Origin: Candidatus Latescibacterota bacterium
GTDB taxonomy: Bacteria; Latescibacterota; UBA2968
Direction of reading: 5' to 3'
NCBI GenBank assembly: GCA_965205975.1
Contig: OZ242195.1
Location: 2,848,001-2,912,000, forward strand
DNA: 64,000 nucleotides
Position numbers and translations under genes: made by a program
The notes under the pieces: model-generated
What the model saw: the letters and a program-made list of their open reading frames with translations, nothing else
Databases searched by the model: none
Told to the model about the DNA's origin: nothing
Shown here: piece by piece, positions 49,497-60,124 of the stretch
Position numbering within the stretch: position 1 is the first letter of the stretch
How the letters are laid out: each line of letters opens with the position of its first letter

Positions 49497-51623
49497 ATGG
49501 CAAGCCAAAGATACAAAAATCTGTATGCACAAATAGAAACAGCATTGCGAGAAAAACCCAAACGCACGCAACTCTACAACGCAGTCAAACGAGCGCGAGA
49601 TGCCCGGCGCACGGCAATTGATATTTTGCCACAAGGAGAGGCATTTCGCAAAGAAGTCCGCGACATCAAAGTGCGGTGCCTGCACAAACTGGACGACCTG
49701 GTCAATCAATTTGCCGCGAAAGTCGAATCGCGCGGGGCAAAGGTCTTTCTCGCAAAAGACGGTGCTGCTGCAATTGACTATATCTTAAAGCTATCAGCAG
49801 AGAAAAACGCCGAGACAGTGGCAAAATCAAAATCGCTAACAAGCGAAGAGATTGAAGTCAATCACCCGATGGAGGACGCGGGCTTAGAAGTAATCGAGAC
49901 CGACCTCGGCGAGCTTATTATCCAAAAAGTCCACGAAAAACCATTCCATCTGGTATTCCCCGCAGTCCACAAAACCGCCGTTGAAGTAGCCGCAATATTT
50001 AAAAAAGAAACAGGTGAAGACGTCCCCAACGATGTGGATGCGATCATGAAAATCGTGCGCAAATACCTGCGACCAATTTTTCTCAACGCCGACATCGGCA
50101 TGACAGGTGCAAACGTGGGCGTCGCCGAATCGGGCACAATCCTGATCGAAACCAACGAAGGCAATGCCCGTCTGGTATCGAGTATTCCAGATGTACACAT
50201 CTGCATTATGGGACGCGAAAAAGTAGTGGAAACAGTAGAAGATGCATTGCAAATGATGTTGGCACATCCCGTCAGCGCTGTCGGCCAGCATACGACAACC
50301 TATGTAACGTGGATGAGTGGCAGGTCGCCTCTGGGCGAGGGCGAGGGACGCGCACCGAGGGAATCGCATATCATCATCCTGGACAATGGTCGCACCAGAA
50401 TGCAAGAAGACCCCCTATTCTCGGACGCGCTCAACTGTATCCGCTGCGGTGCCTGCATGAATATTTGTCCGACTTACGGCGTAGTCGGCGGCCATGCATT
50501 TGGATACATATACCCAGGACCAATTGGCATACCCTGGACAGCTGAAGTTCACGGCGTAGATAAAGCTGGCGACTTCGCCCCACTGTGTATTTCGTGTGGA
50601 TTGTGCAAAGAAATATGTCCAGCAGAAATCGACATCCCAATGATGATAGCCGGGGTAAAAGACCGCGACAGCGAAGTCAATCCGCATCCACGCGTCAACA
50701 AAATGCTAATGGCCGCTGAAAAAGCCGCAAAAATGGGCAGCTTAACAGCACCCATATCCAATTGGATAATGGGCATTGGACTGGTGCGATGGGCAATGGA
50801 AAAAGCAATGGGCATTGACCGGCGACGCCAGCTACCCAAATTCAGCCGAAAAACACTCGTAAAACGCTTCGCAAAACGCGGGCCTTCTCCCGTATCGAAC
50901 CCCGTTCGCAAAGTGGCCTTTTTTACAGACCTATTTGCCAATTACAACGACCCAGACCTGGGAATGGCGGCAATTGAACGCCTGGAAGCACTCGGTTGCG
51001 AAGTCATCATCCCCCCGCAAAAAAGCAGCGGATACCCCTACATCGGCTACGGCGACCTGAAAAACGCGAAAAAAATTGCACGCGAGAACGTAGATCTCCT
51101 CCTCCCCTATATACAGCAGGGCTATGATGTCGTTGCAACAGAACCCACGGCAACGTATTGCCTGAAAATTTCATACCCCAAGTTACTCGACAAAGCAGAC
51201 GACGCCGTCTCTGTCGCCGAACACACTTATGAGTTTTTCGAGTTCCTATCCCTGCTCGAAAGCAATATTGCAGATGAAGAGCAAAATACTCTACGCGGAC
51301 GCGCATTTGGATTCCACATCCCCTGCCACCAGCGTCCTCTGGGTGCAGGCGAACACGCAATGGCATTCTTGCGCCAGCGCGGTGCAGACGTCGCCCTCAT
51401 CGAAACAGGCACCTGCTGTGGTATGGCGGGAACATTTGGCCTGAAAGCCGGACCCCTCGGTTACGAACTCGCACAGGCTGTTGGAGAACCACTCTTCGAA
51501 GGCTTTCGCGAAGCCGATGTAGAAGCCATCGTAACAGAAAGCAGCGTATGCGCCATCCACCTATCTGAAGGAACCGAACTCGAAGTCTGGCATCCCTTAA
51601 ACCTGCTTCGTCTCCTGGATTAG
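49497..51623 (+). CDS. LutB/LldF-type LUD-ferredoxin protein fused to CCG (GlpC-like) domains
   Basis: KSKS, ETDLGE, NEGNARL, CIRCGAC..CP, CISCGLC..CP, HIPCH, CCGMAG. Confidence 0.88.
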   Translation: MASQRYKNLYAQIETALREKPKRTQLYNAVKRARDARRTAIDILPQGEAFRKEVRDIKVRCLHKLDDLVNQFAAKVESRGAKVFLAKDGAAAIDYILKLSAEKNAETVAKSKSLTSEEIEVNHPMEDAGLEVIETDLGELIIQKVHEKPFHLVFPAVHKTAVEVAAIFKKETGEDVPNDVDAIMKIVRKYLRPIFLNADIGMTGANVGVAESGTILIETNEGNARLVSSIPDVHICIMGREKVVETVEDALQMMLAHPVSAVGQHTTTYVTWMSGRSPLGEGEGRAPRESHIIILDNGRTRMQEDPLFSDALNCIRCGACMNICPTYGVVGGHAFGYIYPGPIGIPWTAEVHGVDKAGDFAPLCISCGLCKEICPAEIDIPMMIAGVKDRDSEVNPHPRVNKMLMAAEKAAKMGSLTAPISNWIMGIGLVRWAMEKAMGIDRRRQLPKFSRKTLVKRFAKRGPSPVSNPVRKVAFFTDLFANYNDPDLGMAAIERLEALGCEVIIPPQKSSGYPYIGYGDLKNAKKIARENVDLLLPYIQQGYDVVATEPTATYCLKISYPKLLDKADDAVSVAEHTYEFFEFLSLLESNIADEEQNTLRGRAFGFHIPCHQRPLGAGEHAMAFLRQRGADVALIETGTCCGMAGTFGLKAGPLGYELAQAVGEPLFEGFREADVEAIVTESSVCAIHLSEGTELEVWHPLNLLRLLD

Positions 51624-51643
51624 AGCACATCCTATCCTGTAGG

Positions 51644-51716
51644 ACCTACCCCCCTAACCCCCCTTCCTGCGAGGAAGGGGGGATCATGTCTCCCCTCTTC
51701 GTCTTGGGGAGAGGTC
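51644..51716. repeat. REP-like intergenic element
   Basis: cccctaaccccccttcctgcgaggaagggggg hairpin followed by ctcccc...ggggag. Confidence 0.65.
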
Positions 51717-51763
51717 AGAATTATTTTTGAAACAATTAAAAAAAACTTGCATTTTAACAGAAG

Positions 51764-51783
51764 TGTATTATATTAGTAATACA
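51764..51783. promoter_or_regulatory. YtrA-type GntR operator
   Basis: TGTATTA-N6-TAATACA palindrome upstream of the regulator; ttgcat -35-like hexamer at 51747. Confidence 0.75.
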
Positions 51784-51811
51784 GTAATTCACCCATTGAG
51801 AGAATTACCCT

Positions 51812-52207
51812 ATGTTGATCTCGATTGACCACCACAATGGCATACCCGTTTTTCGCCAGATCATCGACCAGGTGAAATTCCACGTCGTCAGCGGACTACT
51901 CGCGCCGGGAGACGAATTGCCCTCGACCCGCGCGTTATCGGGGCAACTGGGACTCAACCCAATGACAATAAGCAAAGCGTATAGCCTGTTGGAAGCAGAA
52001 GGATTGGTCGAGCGGCGGCGCGGGCGCCCCTTAACCGTAAAACCCTTACGAGATCAGACCGTACACGCCGAAAAACTGGCACAACTCAAACCACAACTCA
52101 CACAATTGGCAACAATGGTTCGGCAGCTGGGGGTTGATCGGGCGGAAGTCGTAGATCTTTTTCTCTCCATCTTAGATGCCCTGGAGGAACATAATGATGG
52201 CACCTGA
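51812..52207 (+). CDS. GntR-family regulator (YtrA subfamily)
   Basis: IPVFRQI..GDELPSTR.L..LNPMTISKAY..LE; short C-terminus. Confidence 0.92.
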   Translation: MLISIDHHNGIPVFRQIIDQVKFHVVSGLLAPGDELPSTRALSGQLGLNPMTISKAYSLLEAEGLVERRRGRPLTVKPLRDQTVHAEKLAQLKPQLTQLATMVRQLGVDRAEVVDLFLSILDALEEHNDGT

Positions 52208-53088
52208 CCAGACATCTGTATTTGAAGCCACATCACTGACCAAAAAATTCGGTGACACCTGTAGCGCTCAATTCCGTAACGCTCTCTCTTGGATCGCATC
52301 GCGTAATTGGATTGATCGGACGAAATGGCGGAGGCAAAACCACCTTAATCCAGCACATGATCGGCCTGTATTTGCCCACAGAGGGCACGTGTAAAACACT
52401 GGGACGCGCGTGCGATCAATTGGGAACAAACGAACTCTCGCGCATAGGCGTGGTGCATCAGGAAAACCGCTTTTTTGAATGGATGACCGTCAAACAGCAT
52501 CTGCGCTACGTGTCCTCATTTTACGAAATATGGGACCGCGACCTGGAAGCGCATCTGCTGCGCGAACTCGAACTGGAAACCTCCGCACGCGTGGGCAACC
52601 TGTCTTCGGGTAACATGCAAAAATTGGGAATCATACTGGCAGTATGTCATCATCCCGAGCTATTGATCTTAGATGAGCCAGTCAGCGGCCTGGACCCTAT
52701 CGCGAGAGAGACATTGTTGAAATTTCTAATGACACTCCTATCTGAAGACGAAAACACAATCGTGATCTCCTCCCACATTCTGCGAGACATCGAAAAAATA
52801 GTAGATTGGGTCGTATGCCTCGACGAAGGTGTGGTCAAAGCCGACAAATCGCTGGACGATCTGCACCAGACCTACGCAAAGTGGACAGTCACAGGAAACA
52901 ACCTGCCCCAGCAATTTTCTGAACCTTATATCCTGTCGCAAACAGTGAACGGAGTACAGGCACAATTGATCGTCAATCAGACACTGGGCAATGCAGATCA
53001 ATTCAAGCGGACTTATCAGGCTAATATCACCAGTCAGTCCCTGAACCTCGACCAACTATTTCCCATCCTGATTCGGGAGGGCGCGTAA
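52194..53088 (+). CDS. ABC transporter ATP-binding protein with +1 frameshift near 52260
   Basis: MMAPDQTSVFEATSLTKKFGDT in one frame continues as VALNSV..GRNGGGKTT..LSSG..LILDEP..SSH in another. Confidence 0.85.
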
Positions 53089-54560
53089 TGGGTATTTTAT
53101 CATTTTTCACATTTCTGCGAAGCCCTGTTTACATTGTTAGCATATTTATTGTAGGCAGCTTCTTTTTCTTTCACGTCTCGTCGTCTTCCCACATACATCG
53201 GCTCTCTGTATTCTTTTTATTTTTATTTATTGAATTTTGTGGCGGGACTATTGGCAGTATTGTAGGAGAGAACCAGCACCGGATGCTCACCTGGACCCTG
53301 CCGCATTTTCGCAAGCGTCTGATGATCTGGTCAATAATTGTCGGACTATTTTCTGTGGTAGCGTGGACGATTATACTGACTTATGCCTCCCTCAATGCGT
53401 CCTGGTCAACGATTTTGCTCCTGAATATGTGCCTCTATTGTTTGGGATTTGCCTTTTTAGGGGGTTGGAGTTTAGATACTAATCGTCCCGGATTGATTTA
53501 CAAGTACCGAATCCCCCTCATATTCATGGGACTGGCACCAGCCTATTTGTGGCAAGAGGTACTCGCTTTTGGAGAACAACAGAAGTTGGGGTTGGCTCTC
53601 ATCGCATTCGCCATCGCAATTGGAACTCATTATTTTGCCTTTAATCAGACAGCTTTTCGCAGGAAGCCATTTTCTTTTTTGGTTGGGTCAATCCACTCGG
53701 GTTCTGATCCTCAAACCCGGGAGATTTGGAAACAGAATGCAATGATGATGCGAAAGACGAGTACCGGGGTATGGCATCTCGATCACATCGGTACAGGCAT
53801 CTTCAATTGGCTGCGTGCCGGTCAGTACGAAAATTATGGTCAGGGTGGGTGGAAATGGCCTATTTCCGCGTTTAGCGCAGCATTGGCAATGGTATTCTTT
53901 TTTCTGAGCATGGAGACGCGTTTCTTCGGGTTGTTGTGGCGGTCTCCTTACGATTTTGAGACCGTCTTGAAAATGATTTATCACATGATGTTTTATTTTC
54001 ATCAACTGGATCCCAAGATCGCCATTAATATATCGCTTTCAGTGTTCTTCGGCATTTGTATGTTTATGCTTTTTCCTTCTTGTTTCTTAAAAAGAGGATA
54101 TGTCTATCCGCTTTCTCGCACCCGGCGGATGTGGATTCAGTATAGCGGTTTGCTGGTACAAAATATTTCTTTTATTACCGCATCTATTCTGGTATTGGGC
54201 GTTCTGGGCATCCTATCTGGGGCAAAGATCGGGTTTGTGTCTGAAGGAGACGTTTCTCTGGGAATACTCCGCGTTTTTGGATGGGTAGTGGTTCTGATAC
54301 CGGTATTGCAGTGGTTGCAATTCAAATATGACCTGTATGGATTTCAAAGAACGCGGGGACAAAGATGGGGCATAGCTCTTGGGTTACTGATCATGATTTT
54401 AAGTATTGGAATCGGTGGTTTCACCAGTCTAATGCGCGTCTGGTATCCCGATTTGATGCTGATCTATGAAGTGCCAATCCTTCTTGTCTGCTTTATTCTT
54501 CTGCAATGGTTCCTATTGTCTCGTCTCAAACGGTATTACGCCACACAGGATCTAATTTAG
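53088..54560 (+). CDS. Polytopic membrane protein (probable ABC permease)
   Basis: About 12 hydrophobic segments; TAATG overlap with the ATPase. Confidence 0.8.
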   Translation: MGILSFFTFLRSPVYIVSIFIVGSFFFFHVSSSSHIHRLSVFFLFLFIEFCGGTIGSIVGENQHRMLTWTLPHFRKRLMIWSIIVGLFSVVAWTIILTYASLNASWSTILLLNMCLYCLGFAFLGGWSLDTNRPGLIYKYRIPLIFMGLAPAYLWQEVLAFGEQQKLGLALIAFAIAIGTHYFAFNQTAFRRKPFSFLVGSIHSGSDPQTREIWKQNAMMMRKTSTGVWHLDHIGTGIFNWLRAGQYENYGQGGWKWPISAFSAALAMVFFFLSMETRFFGLLWRSPYDFETVLKMIYHMMFYFHQLDPKIAINISLSVFFGICMFMLFPSCFLKRGYVYPLSRTRRMWIQYSGLLVQNISFITASILVLGVLGILSGAKIGFVSEGDVSLGILRVFGWVVVLIPVLQWLQFKYDLYGFQRTRGQRWGIALGLLIMILSIGIGGFTSLMRVWYPDLMLIYEVPILLVCFILLQWFLLSRLKRYYATQDLI

Positions 54561-54781
54561 TAACCGAGAGTTTTTAAGTCGCAGAACAAAAAGCATAATT
54601 TTTGTATAATTATGCATATATGCATTTGTTTTCTCATAGATTTTTTAATTTTTTATACACGTTAATAGCATTTAATAAATTGCAGCGTGTCGCCAGGGTT
54701 ACGACAATAAGAGACACGAAGTATTGGCGTATCCATTCTTTCGCACACGTATGCGTTCCTATACCTGCGAAAATAACGTGT

Positions 54782-57700
54782 ATGTTTGAAACCGGAACGA
54801 TTCTCGACAACAAATACCAAATCCAGACACATCTCGGAACCGGGGGCATGGGGGAAGTGTATCGGGTGTTGGACCTGGAGCAAGGCCAGGACTGCGCGCT
54901 CAAAATTTTGAATACCATGGTGGATAAGAAGGCGGTACATCGCCGCTTTCGCAGAGAATTTCAAGTATTGAACCGATTCCAGCACCCGCGCCTGATCCGC
55001 ACATACACCTGGGGCTTTGCCGAAGATCGCCCCTATTTTACAATGGAATATTTGCCCGGAAAGACATTGGAAAAAATAATTACCGATCATGCATATTTGG
55101 GACAATTCCGGGCGTCTCACTTTTTCGATTTAATACAACAACTTGCCGAAGGATTGGCTTATGTCCACGCGCAGGGTGCGGTGCATCGCGATCTCAAACC
55201 ATCCAATATTATGGTTTTGGAAACGGAAGAGGGGATTGAGACCACGATCCTGGACCTGGGGCTGGCGAAATTTAGGCACCTACATAGCGTTTCCATTACG
55301 CAGACAGGCGCAACGATTGGCACGGCAGAATATATGTCGCCAGAGCAGGGTAAGGGTTTGTGGGTGGACCATCGGTCAGATCTGTACTCATTGGGTGTGG
55401 TTTTATACGAGATGCTCACAGACACACCACCTTTTTCTGGACAAAATCCAATATCTGTTATTATGAAGCATATTCGAGAATCCCCGCCACCAATGGGCGA
55501 AGTCAATATCGAGATTTCTGAACAGACGCAACAAATTGTGTTGAAATTGCTGGCAAAAGAGCCTGTTGATCGTTATCAGTCGGCAGAGGAATTGTTGCAG
55601 ACCTTAAATGATGTGGCACCATCGAAGCTTGTGCTATCCGATGACGAGCAGCGCGATGTGCATAGAAAAGTTATGCGCCCGCAATTTGTCGGGCGTGAAT
55701 CCGAAATGAAGATGTTGCGCACGATGTTACGGGATGTACAGACTGGTGAGCAGCGCGTGGTTCTGATCTCCGGTGAGTCTGGTGTGGGAAAAACGAGACT
55801 TATTGAGGAACTATTGGGCGATGCGCTAATCCATGACTTTCTGTGTCTGAAAGGCGCGAGTCAGGAAGAAGGTGGACAAATATACGGTGCGTTGATCAGC
55901 GCTTTTCAAGGGAAGGTGGATTTGGTGACAGAGTTACCCGACCCTGCAGAATCGGACAAGTTTTCTGTTATGGAGCGCTGGTTGCAGTTACTAAAAAATC
56001 TGCGACAGCAACAGCCCATTGTGTTGTGTTTGGAAGATATTCAATGGCTTGATGAATTGACCCTGGAATTTTTGCAGTATATATTGCGCGACCCAGAACC
56101 GTGCCCGTTTTTGTTGTGCTTGACCTGTCAATGGTCTAATCTGGAACCGCTTTCAGAGGAAATTGGAAATTTTATACACAGCAATACATTTGCAGTGGCA
56201 ACCCGGATTCAGTTGAAGAATCTACCGCGAGAAGAAGTGGGGTATTTAGCGGCGTCGATGTTGGGCGAGCGATCTATACCGCGAGATGCCTTACAAACCC
56301 TGTTCAGAGAAACGGGCGGGCAACCCCTATTTGTCGTAGAGGCGGTGCGGACACTGGTAAATGCCGATGTGGTTCGACAGAATGTGTCCGGCGATTGGCA
56401 ATGGGGAGAATTTCCCGAAACATTATTATCCGATGATATTTCAGAGATTCTGCACAGGCGCATAGCAACCCTACCTGCTATGCAACAGAGGGTACTGGAA
56501 TATGCCTGTGTTTTTCTGAATGATTTTTCTTTCGACTTATTGGCAGCGGTTTGGCGCGGTGATGAGTTGGAACTGTTAGATGTGCTGGATGACCTAATTG
56601 CAGAAGGACTTTTGACAGCTTGTGGAGAAGATGAAGATCAATATCGATTTTCGCAGGAGTTGTGTCGGCGTACAATTTACGGCCGCCTGCAAGATGTGCG
56701 GCGGCGTCTGTTACATCGAGAAATTGGCAATGCTCTGGAAGAGACGGGTGATGCAGAAGAACTGACAGAAGAATTAGCGGATCATTTCGCGGCGGCAGAA
56801 GAACGAGATAAAGCAATAAAATATATGCGTCTATCAGGCAAAAAAGCATTGGAAAAACACGCTTATCGCCAGGCAAGGATGCGGTTTGAGGCCGTGCGAG
56901 ACTGGGCAGCGGATGACGCTTTTGAATCACAAGCAGATGCCATCGATTTTTTGTGCGATTATGCAAACGTTTTACGCTGTTGTAGTCAGCACAATAACGC
57001 ACTGGAACTTTTAGACGAGGCACAGGCGTTATTGCCCGATGATCGGAACGATTTGAAGGCGCGTATTTTGTGGAATGAAGGCATTATTCACAGCGTACTG
57101 CAACATGGGGGAATAGCAGAAAAATATATGCTGGAGGCATTGCGGCTTTATCGGGAGATGGATGATCTCGACGGAGAAATTCAGGCGTTAAGGAGTTTGG
57201 CTTATTTGTGCGATGTATCTGGGCGACACAAAGAAGCTATTGCATATATGCGTCGAGAAATGGCGAAATATGCTATGCTGGGAGACACCCAAAACAAGGC
57301 TATTGTACGAGTGCGAGAAGGTATGGTTGCATTGGTGGCATTTCGATTTGAGACAGCCAAAGTGCATTTGGAAGCTACTGTAAGAATATCTCAACAACCT
57401 GGACTTGAACACCATCGCATTGGAGCACTCAATTTACTTCAAAGAGTTTATTTTTTTCGGAGTGATCTCAACCGTGCAGAAGCCGTTTGCCACGAAGCCA
57501 TTGGCGAGGGGCGAAAACGAGGCGATGCGTACTGGGAAGCAGTAAATTTTCTCTATTTGGGAGAATTGGCTCTGGAAGGCGGTGATTTTTCAGAAGCATT
57601 GGAATATGCCAAGATTTCGGCAGAGCAATTTTTGCAAACACCGCGAAAAGATTATGTCTATCGCGCTTATGCGATTGCGGCAACGGCTGCTGCAAAAATG

Positions 57701-59602
57701 GGAGATACAGAAATAGCGCTCGAATGGGCAGAAAAAGCCAGTGAAGGTGTACAGCAAACGTCGGGTATGTACACGGGCATATTGCCCCTGGTTTATTGCG
57801 GTATTGGTGTTGCTCTGACTCAAGCAGGACGGATAGCCGAGGCTGAAGAGGCTTTTGAGCAGGCTATTAAATGCCGAAGAGAATCCAAAGGTGATCACTG
57901 GGCACGCGCATTGTTGATGGCAGGGGAGTTTTATCTCCAGCGCGATGATATGACAAGAGCTACGGAGTATCTCGAAGCGGCAAAACAGGCATTTGGAGAA
58001 ATGGAAATGTCCTATTTTTTGGAGAAAACACAGGTGCTATTAAATCAATTATCTCACGACAAAGATGGTCACGACAGGGAGGCCGCACCCAGTTCTGAAA
58101 ATTCAGTCGATACGTTGTCTGTTGATCGCTTGCGCTTGCTTTACCATGTGAGTCGGGAATTGACAACAGAGCGCGATGTCAAAGTGTTATTGGATCGGAC
58201 TTTGGGTAATTTATTGGCTGTTTATTCAGCAGAGCGGGTGCTTATTGCGATTAAAAATGAGACCCAAAAAGGCTTTGCGGTCGATGCGGTACGTTACCAC
58301 AATGTAGAAGCAGATGATGCGGAAGCACTGAGTCGGGGTATTATTCGTAGAGTTATTGAAACAAATGAACCCATTTTGAGCATTGATGCCCAGACAGACG
58401 ACAGGCTCAATCAATATCAAAGCGTGATAGACTACAATATCCGGTCTGTATTGTGTGTGCCTGTATTCCATCTGAACGAAGGTGTGATGGGTGCGCTATA
58501 TGTGGATCATCGCGGCATAGATAACGCATTTTCTGAAGCAGATCAGACGTTTTTACAGGCATTTGCGAATCTGGTGGGTGTAGCACTGGTCAATGCGAGG
58601 ATGTACGAACAATTGGAAGAGAAAGCGCGATATTTGCAGCAAGAGGTCGAAAGACGGCACCAGCTTGGCGATCTGTTTGGGCAAAGTGATGCGATGCAGA
58701 CGATCTACTATCTTATCGAACGCGCTGCAAAGAGTGATATTCCCGTGCTTGTGCAAGGCGAAACAGGTACGGGCAAAGAATTGGCTGCGCGTGCCATACA
58801 CTACAATAGCACGCGCAAAGACCAGCCGTTTTTGTCGCAAAATTGCGCTGCATTATCACCAGAGTTGTTACAGAGCGAGTTGTTTGGGCACAAAAAAGGT
58901 GCGTTTACTGGCGCGAATGAAGATCATAAGGGGATTTTTGAGGCGGCCAATGAGGGTACGGTTTTTTTAGATGAAATCGCCGATGCCCCGCCACAGTTGC
59001 AAAGGAGTTTGTTGCGGGTGTTGCAAGAGGGTGAGGTGCGGCGCGTGGGAGAAACAGAGGATCGCACAGTGGATGTACGCATTATTGCAGCGACCAATCG
59101 AGACTTAAAAAAAGAAGTTGAGAAAGGCTCTTTCCGCGAAGATTTGTATTATCGGTTGCATGGGATTCAGATCGATATGCCGCCTTTGCGAGAACGCATT
59201 GAAGATGTGCCGTTATTGGCTGAACATCTGCTTATTCGGGCAAAAGAAGGTACAAACAAGTCGGTTGGGGGGCTAACAGTAGGTGCAATAAAGACCCTTG
59301 TAAGTTACAACTGGCCTGGCAATGTGCGCGAGTTGGAGAATAAAATTCGGCGTGCGGTTGCATTGGCAGAAGAAGAGGGTGATATTACGCCCGATTTGTT
59401 TTCAGAAGCTGTCGAGCACGCGGGGTCAGGTACCTCTGTTGAATACCAGGGGCATTTACAAGATCGTGTTCGGGAATATGAGAAACGGTTGATTCGAGAC
59501 ACGCTCGAGAAATGCGAGGGCAATATTACGCATACGGCTAAAGAATTAGGGATGACGCGCGCTGGCCTACAAAAAAAGATCAATCGTTTGGGGTTGAGAT
59601 AG
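54782..59602 (+). CDS. Ser/Thr kinase - AAA/STAND-like NTPase - TPR - GAF - sigma54 activator - Fis HTH
   Basis: GTGGMG, HRDLKPSN, DLG, YMSPEQ; GESGVGKT, LEDIQW; helical repeats; SVLCVP/GALYVD; GETGTGKE, GAFTGA, WPGNVREL; GNITHTAKELG. Confidence 0.93.
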   Translation: MFETGTILDNKYQIQTHLGTGGMGEVYRVLDLEQGQDCALKILNTMVDKKAVHRRFRREFQVLNRFQHPRLIRTYTWGFAEDRPYFTMEYLPGKTLEKIITDHAYLGQFRASHFFDLIQQLAEGLAYVHAQGAVHRDLKPSNIMVLETEEGIETTILDLGLAKFRHLHSVSITQTGATIGTAEYMSPEQGKGLWVDHRSDLYSLGVVLYEMLTDTPPFSGQNPISVIMKHIRESPPPMGEVNIEISEQTQQIVLKLLAKEPVDRYQSAEELLQTLNDVAPSKLVLSDDEQRDVHRKVMRPQFVGRESEMKMLRTMLRDVQTGEQRVVLISGESGVGKTRLIEELLGDALIHDFLCLKGASQEEGGQIYGALISAFQGKVDLVTELPDPAESDKFSVMERWLQLLKNLRQQQPIVLCLEDIQWLDELTLEFLQYILRDPEPCPFLLCLTCQWSNLEPLSEEIGNFIHSNTFAVATRIQLKNLPREEVGYLAASMLGERSIPRDALQTLFRETGGQPLFVVEAVRTLVNADVVRQNVSGDWQWGEFPETLLSDDISEILHRRIATLPAMQQRVLEYACVFLNDFSFDLLAAVWRGDELELLDVLDDLIAEGLLTACGEDEDQYRFSQELCRRTIYGRLQDVRRRLLHREIGNALEETGDAEELTEELADHFAAAEERDKAIKYMRLSGKKALEKHAYRQARMRFEAVRDWAADDAFESQADAIDFLCDYANVLRCCSQHNNALELLDEAQALLPDDRNDLKARILWNEGIIHSVLQHGGIAEKYMLEALRLYREMDDLDGEIQALRSLAYLCDVSGRHKEAIAYMRREMAKYAMLGDTQNKAIVRVREGMVALVAFRFETAKVHLEATVRISQQPGLEHHRIGALNLLQRVYFFRSDLNRAEAVCHEAIGEGRKRGDAYWEAVNFLYLGELALEGGDFSEALEYAKISAEQFLQTPRKDYVYRAYAIAATAAAKMGDTEIALEWAEKASEGVQQTSGMYTGILPLVYCGIGVALTQAGRIAEAEEAFEQAIKCRRESKGDHWARALLMAGEFYLQRDDMTRATEYLEAAKQAFGEMEMSYFLEKTQVLLNQLSHDKDGHDREAAPSSENSVDTLSVDRLRLLYHVSRELTTERDVKVLLDRTLGNLLAVYSAERVLIAIKNETQKGFAVDAVRYHNVEADDAEALSRGIIRRVIETNEPILSIDAQTDDRLNQYQSVIDYNIRSVLCVPVFHLNEGVMGALYVDHRGIDNAFSEADQTFLQAFANLVGVALVNARMYEQLEEKARYLQQEVERRHQLGDLFGQSDAMQTIYYLIERAAKSDIPVLVQGETGTGKELAARAIHYNSTRKDQPFLSQNCAALSPELLQSELFGHKKGAFTGANEDHKGIFEAANEGTVFLDEIADAPPQLQRSLLRVLQEGEVRRVGETEDRTVDVRIIAATNRDLKKEVEKGSFREDLYYRLHGIQIDMPPLRERIEDVPLLAEHLLIRAKEGTNKSVGGLTVGAIKTLVSYNWPGNVRELENKIRRAVALAEEEGDITPDLFSEAVEHAGSGTSVEYQGHLQDRVREYEKRLIRDTLEKCEGNITHTAKELGMTRAGLQKKINRLGLR

Positions 59603-59613
59603 ACGTTGAACAG

Positions 59614-59736
59614 GTGCATCCAACTGTATGCAGTAGTGCATCCAATTGTATGCGTCTATATATCCTTATATAATTCAGATAGTTATTCTGATTTTCTTTA
59701 AATAAGCAATTTATAGGTGCATCCAACTGTATGCAC
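59614..59736. promoter_or_regulatory. Three near-identical dyad sites (candidate bEBP enhancer)
   Basis: gtgcatccaaYtgtatgc at 59614, 59636 and 59717. Confidence 0.8.
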
Positions 59737-59845
59737 TTGCGCCAGAATCTCGTAGATATAGCACAAATAATTCTCAAATTTTATCTCGTTGTTTTTCAAG
59801 CATTTGAACACATTCAAGTGCTTTTTTTTGTGCTGAGACGATTTT

Positions 59846-59860
59846 GGGCACGGATCTTGC
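59846..59860 (+). promoter_or_regulatory. Sigma54 -24/-12 promoter
   Basis: GGGCACGGATCTTGC, about 55 bp upstream of the ATG at 59916. Confidence 0.8.
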
Positions 59861-59915
59861 GATATGAAAAGGGCAAACAGTTATGGCACAGGTTTTTCCC
59901 TTAAAGGAGGATAAC

Positions 59916-60095
59916 ATGGCAACACGACGCAAGTTGAATTTGATCAATGGAGCGATAGATCAAGAAGGTAGCATTCTTATGTATCAAACTGTGAATAGTT
60001 TTGAAATTGGCTGCGCCCCTTATTCTTTTACCGTTCCCCTCGTGCCTTTCCCTGATAATGATGACGATTGGGACGATTTTGATCAGTCTGAGTGA
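59916..60095 (+). CDS. Putative RiPP precursor peptide (59 aa)
   Basis: RBS aaaggagg; MATRRKLNLINGAIDQEGSILMYQTVNSFEIGCAPYSFTVPLVPFPDNDDDWDDFDQSE; directly upstream of the rSAM gene. Confidence 0.75.
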   Translation: MATRRKLNLINGAIDQEGSILMYQTVNSFEIGCAPYSFTVPLVPFPDNDDDWDDFDQSE

Positions 60096-60124
60096 ATCAT
60101 CATCTATTCCAAGGAGTACGTGCT

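Noticed and set aside
49497..51623. LutB-CCG fusion as a novelty
   Set aside because: LUD/Fe-S/CCG fusions are a recognised architecture, so it is listed as a feature only.
54602..54781. ORF-track N-terminal extension of the kinase
   Set aside because: AT-rich, promoter-like DNA; kinase homology begins at MFETGTILDNKY (54782).
59614..59736. Three direct repeats as a CRISPR array
   Set aside because: Repeats are only about 19 bp, spacers are about 3 and 63 bp, and there are no cas genes. The position fits enhancer sites.
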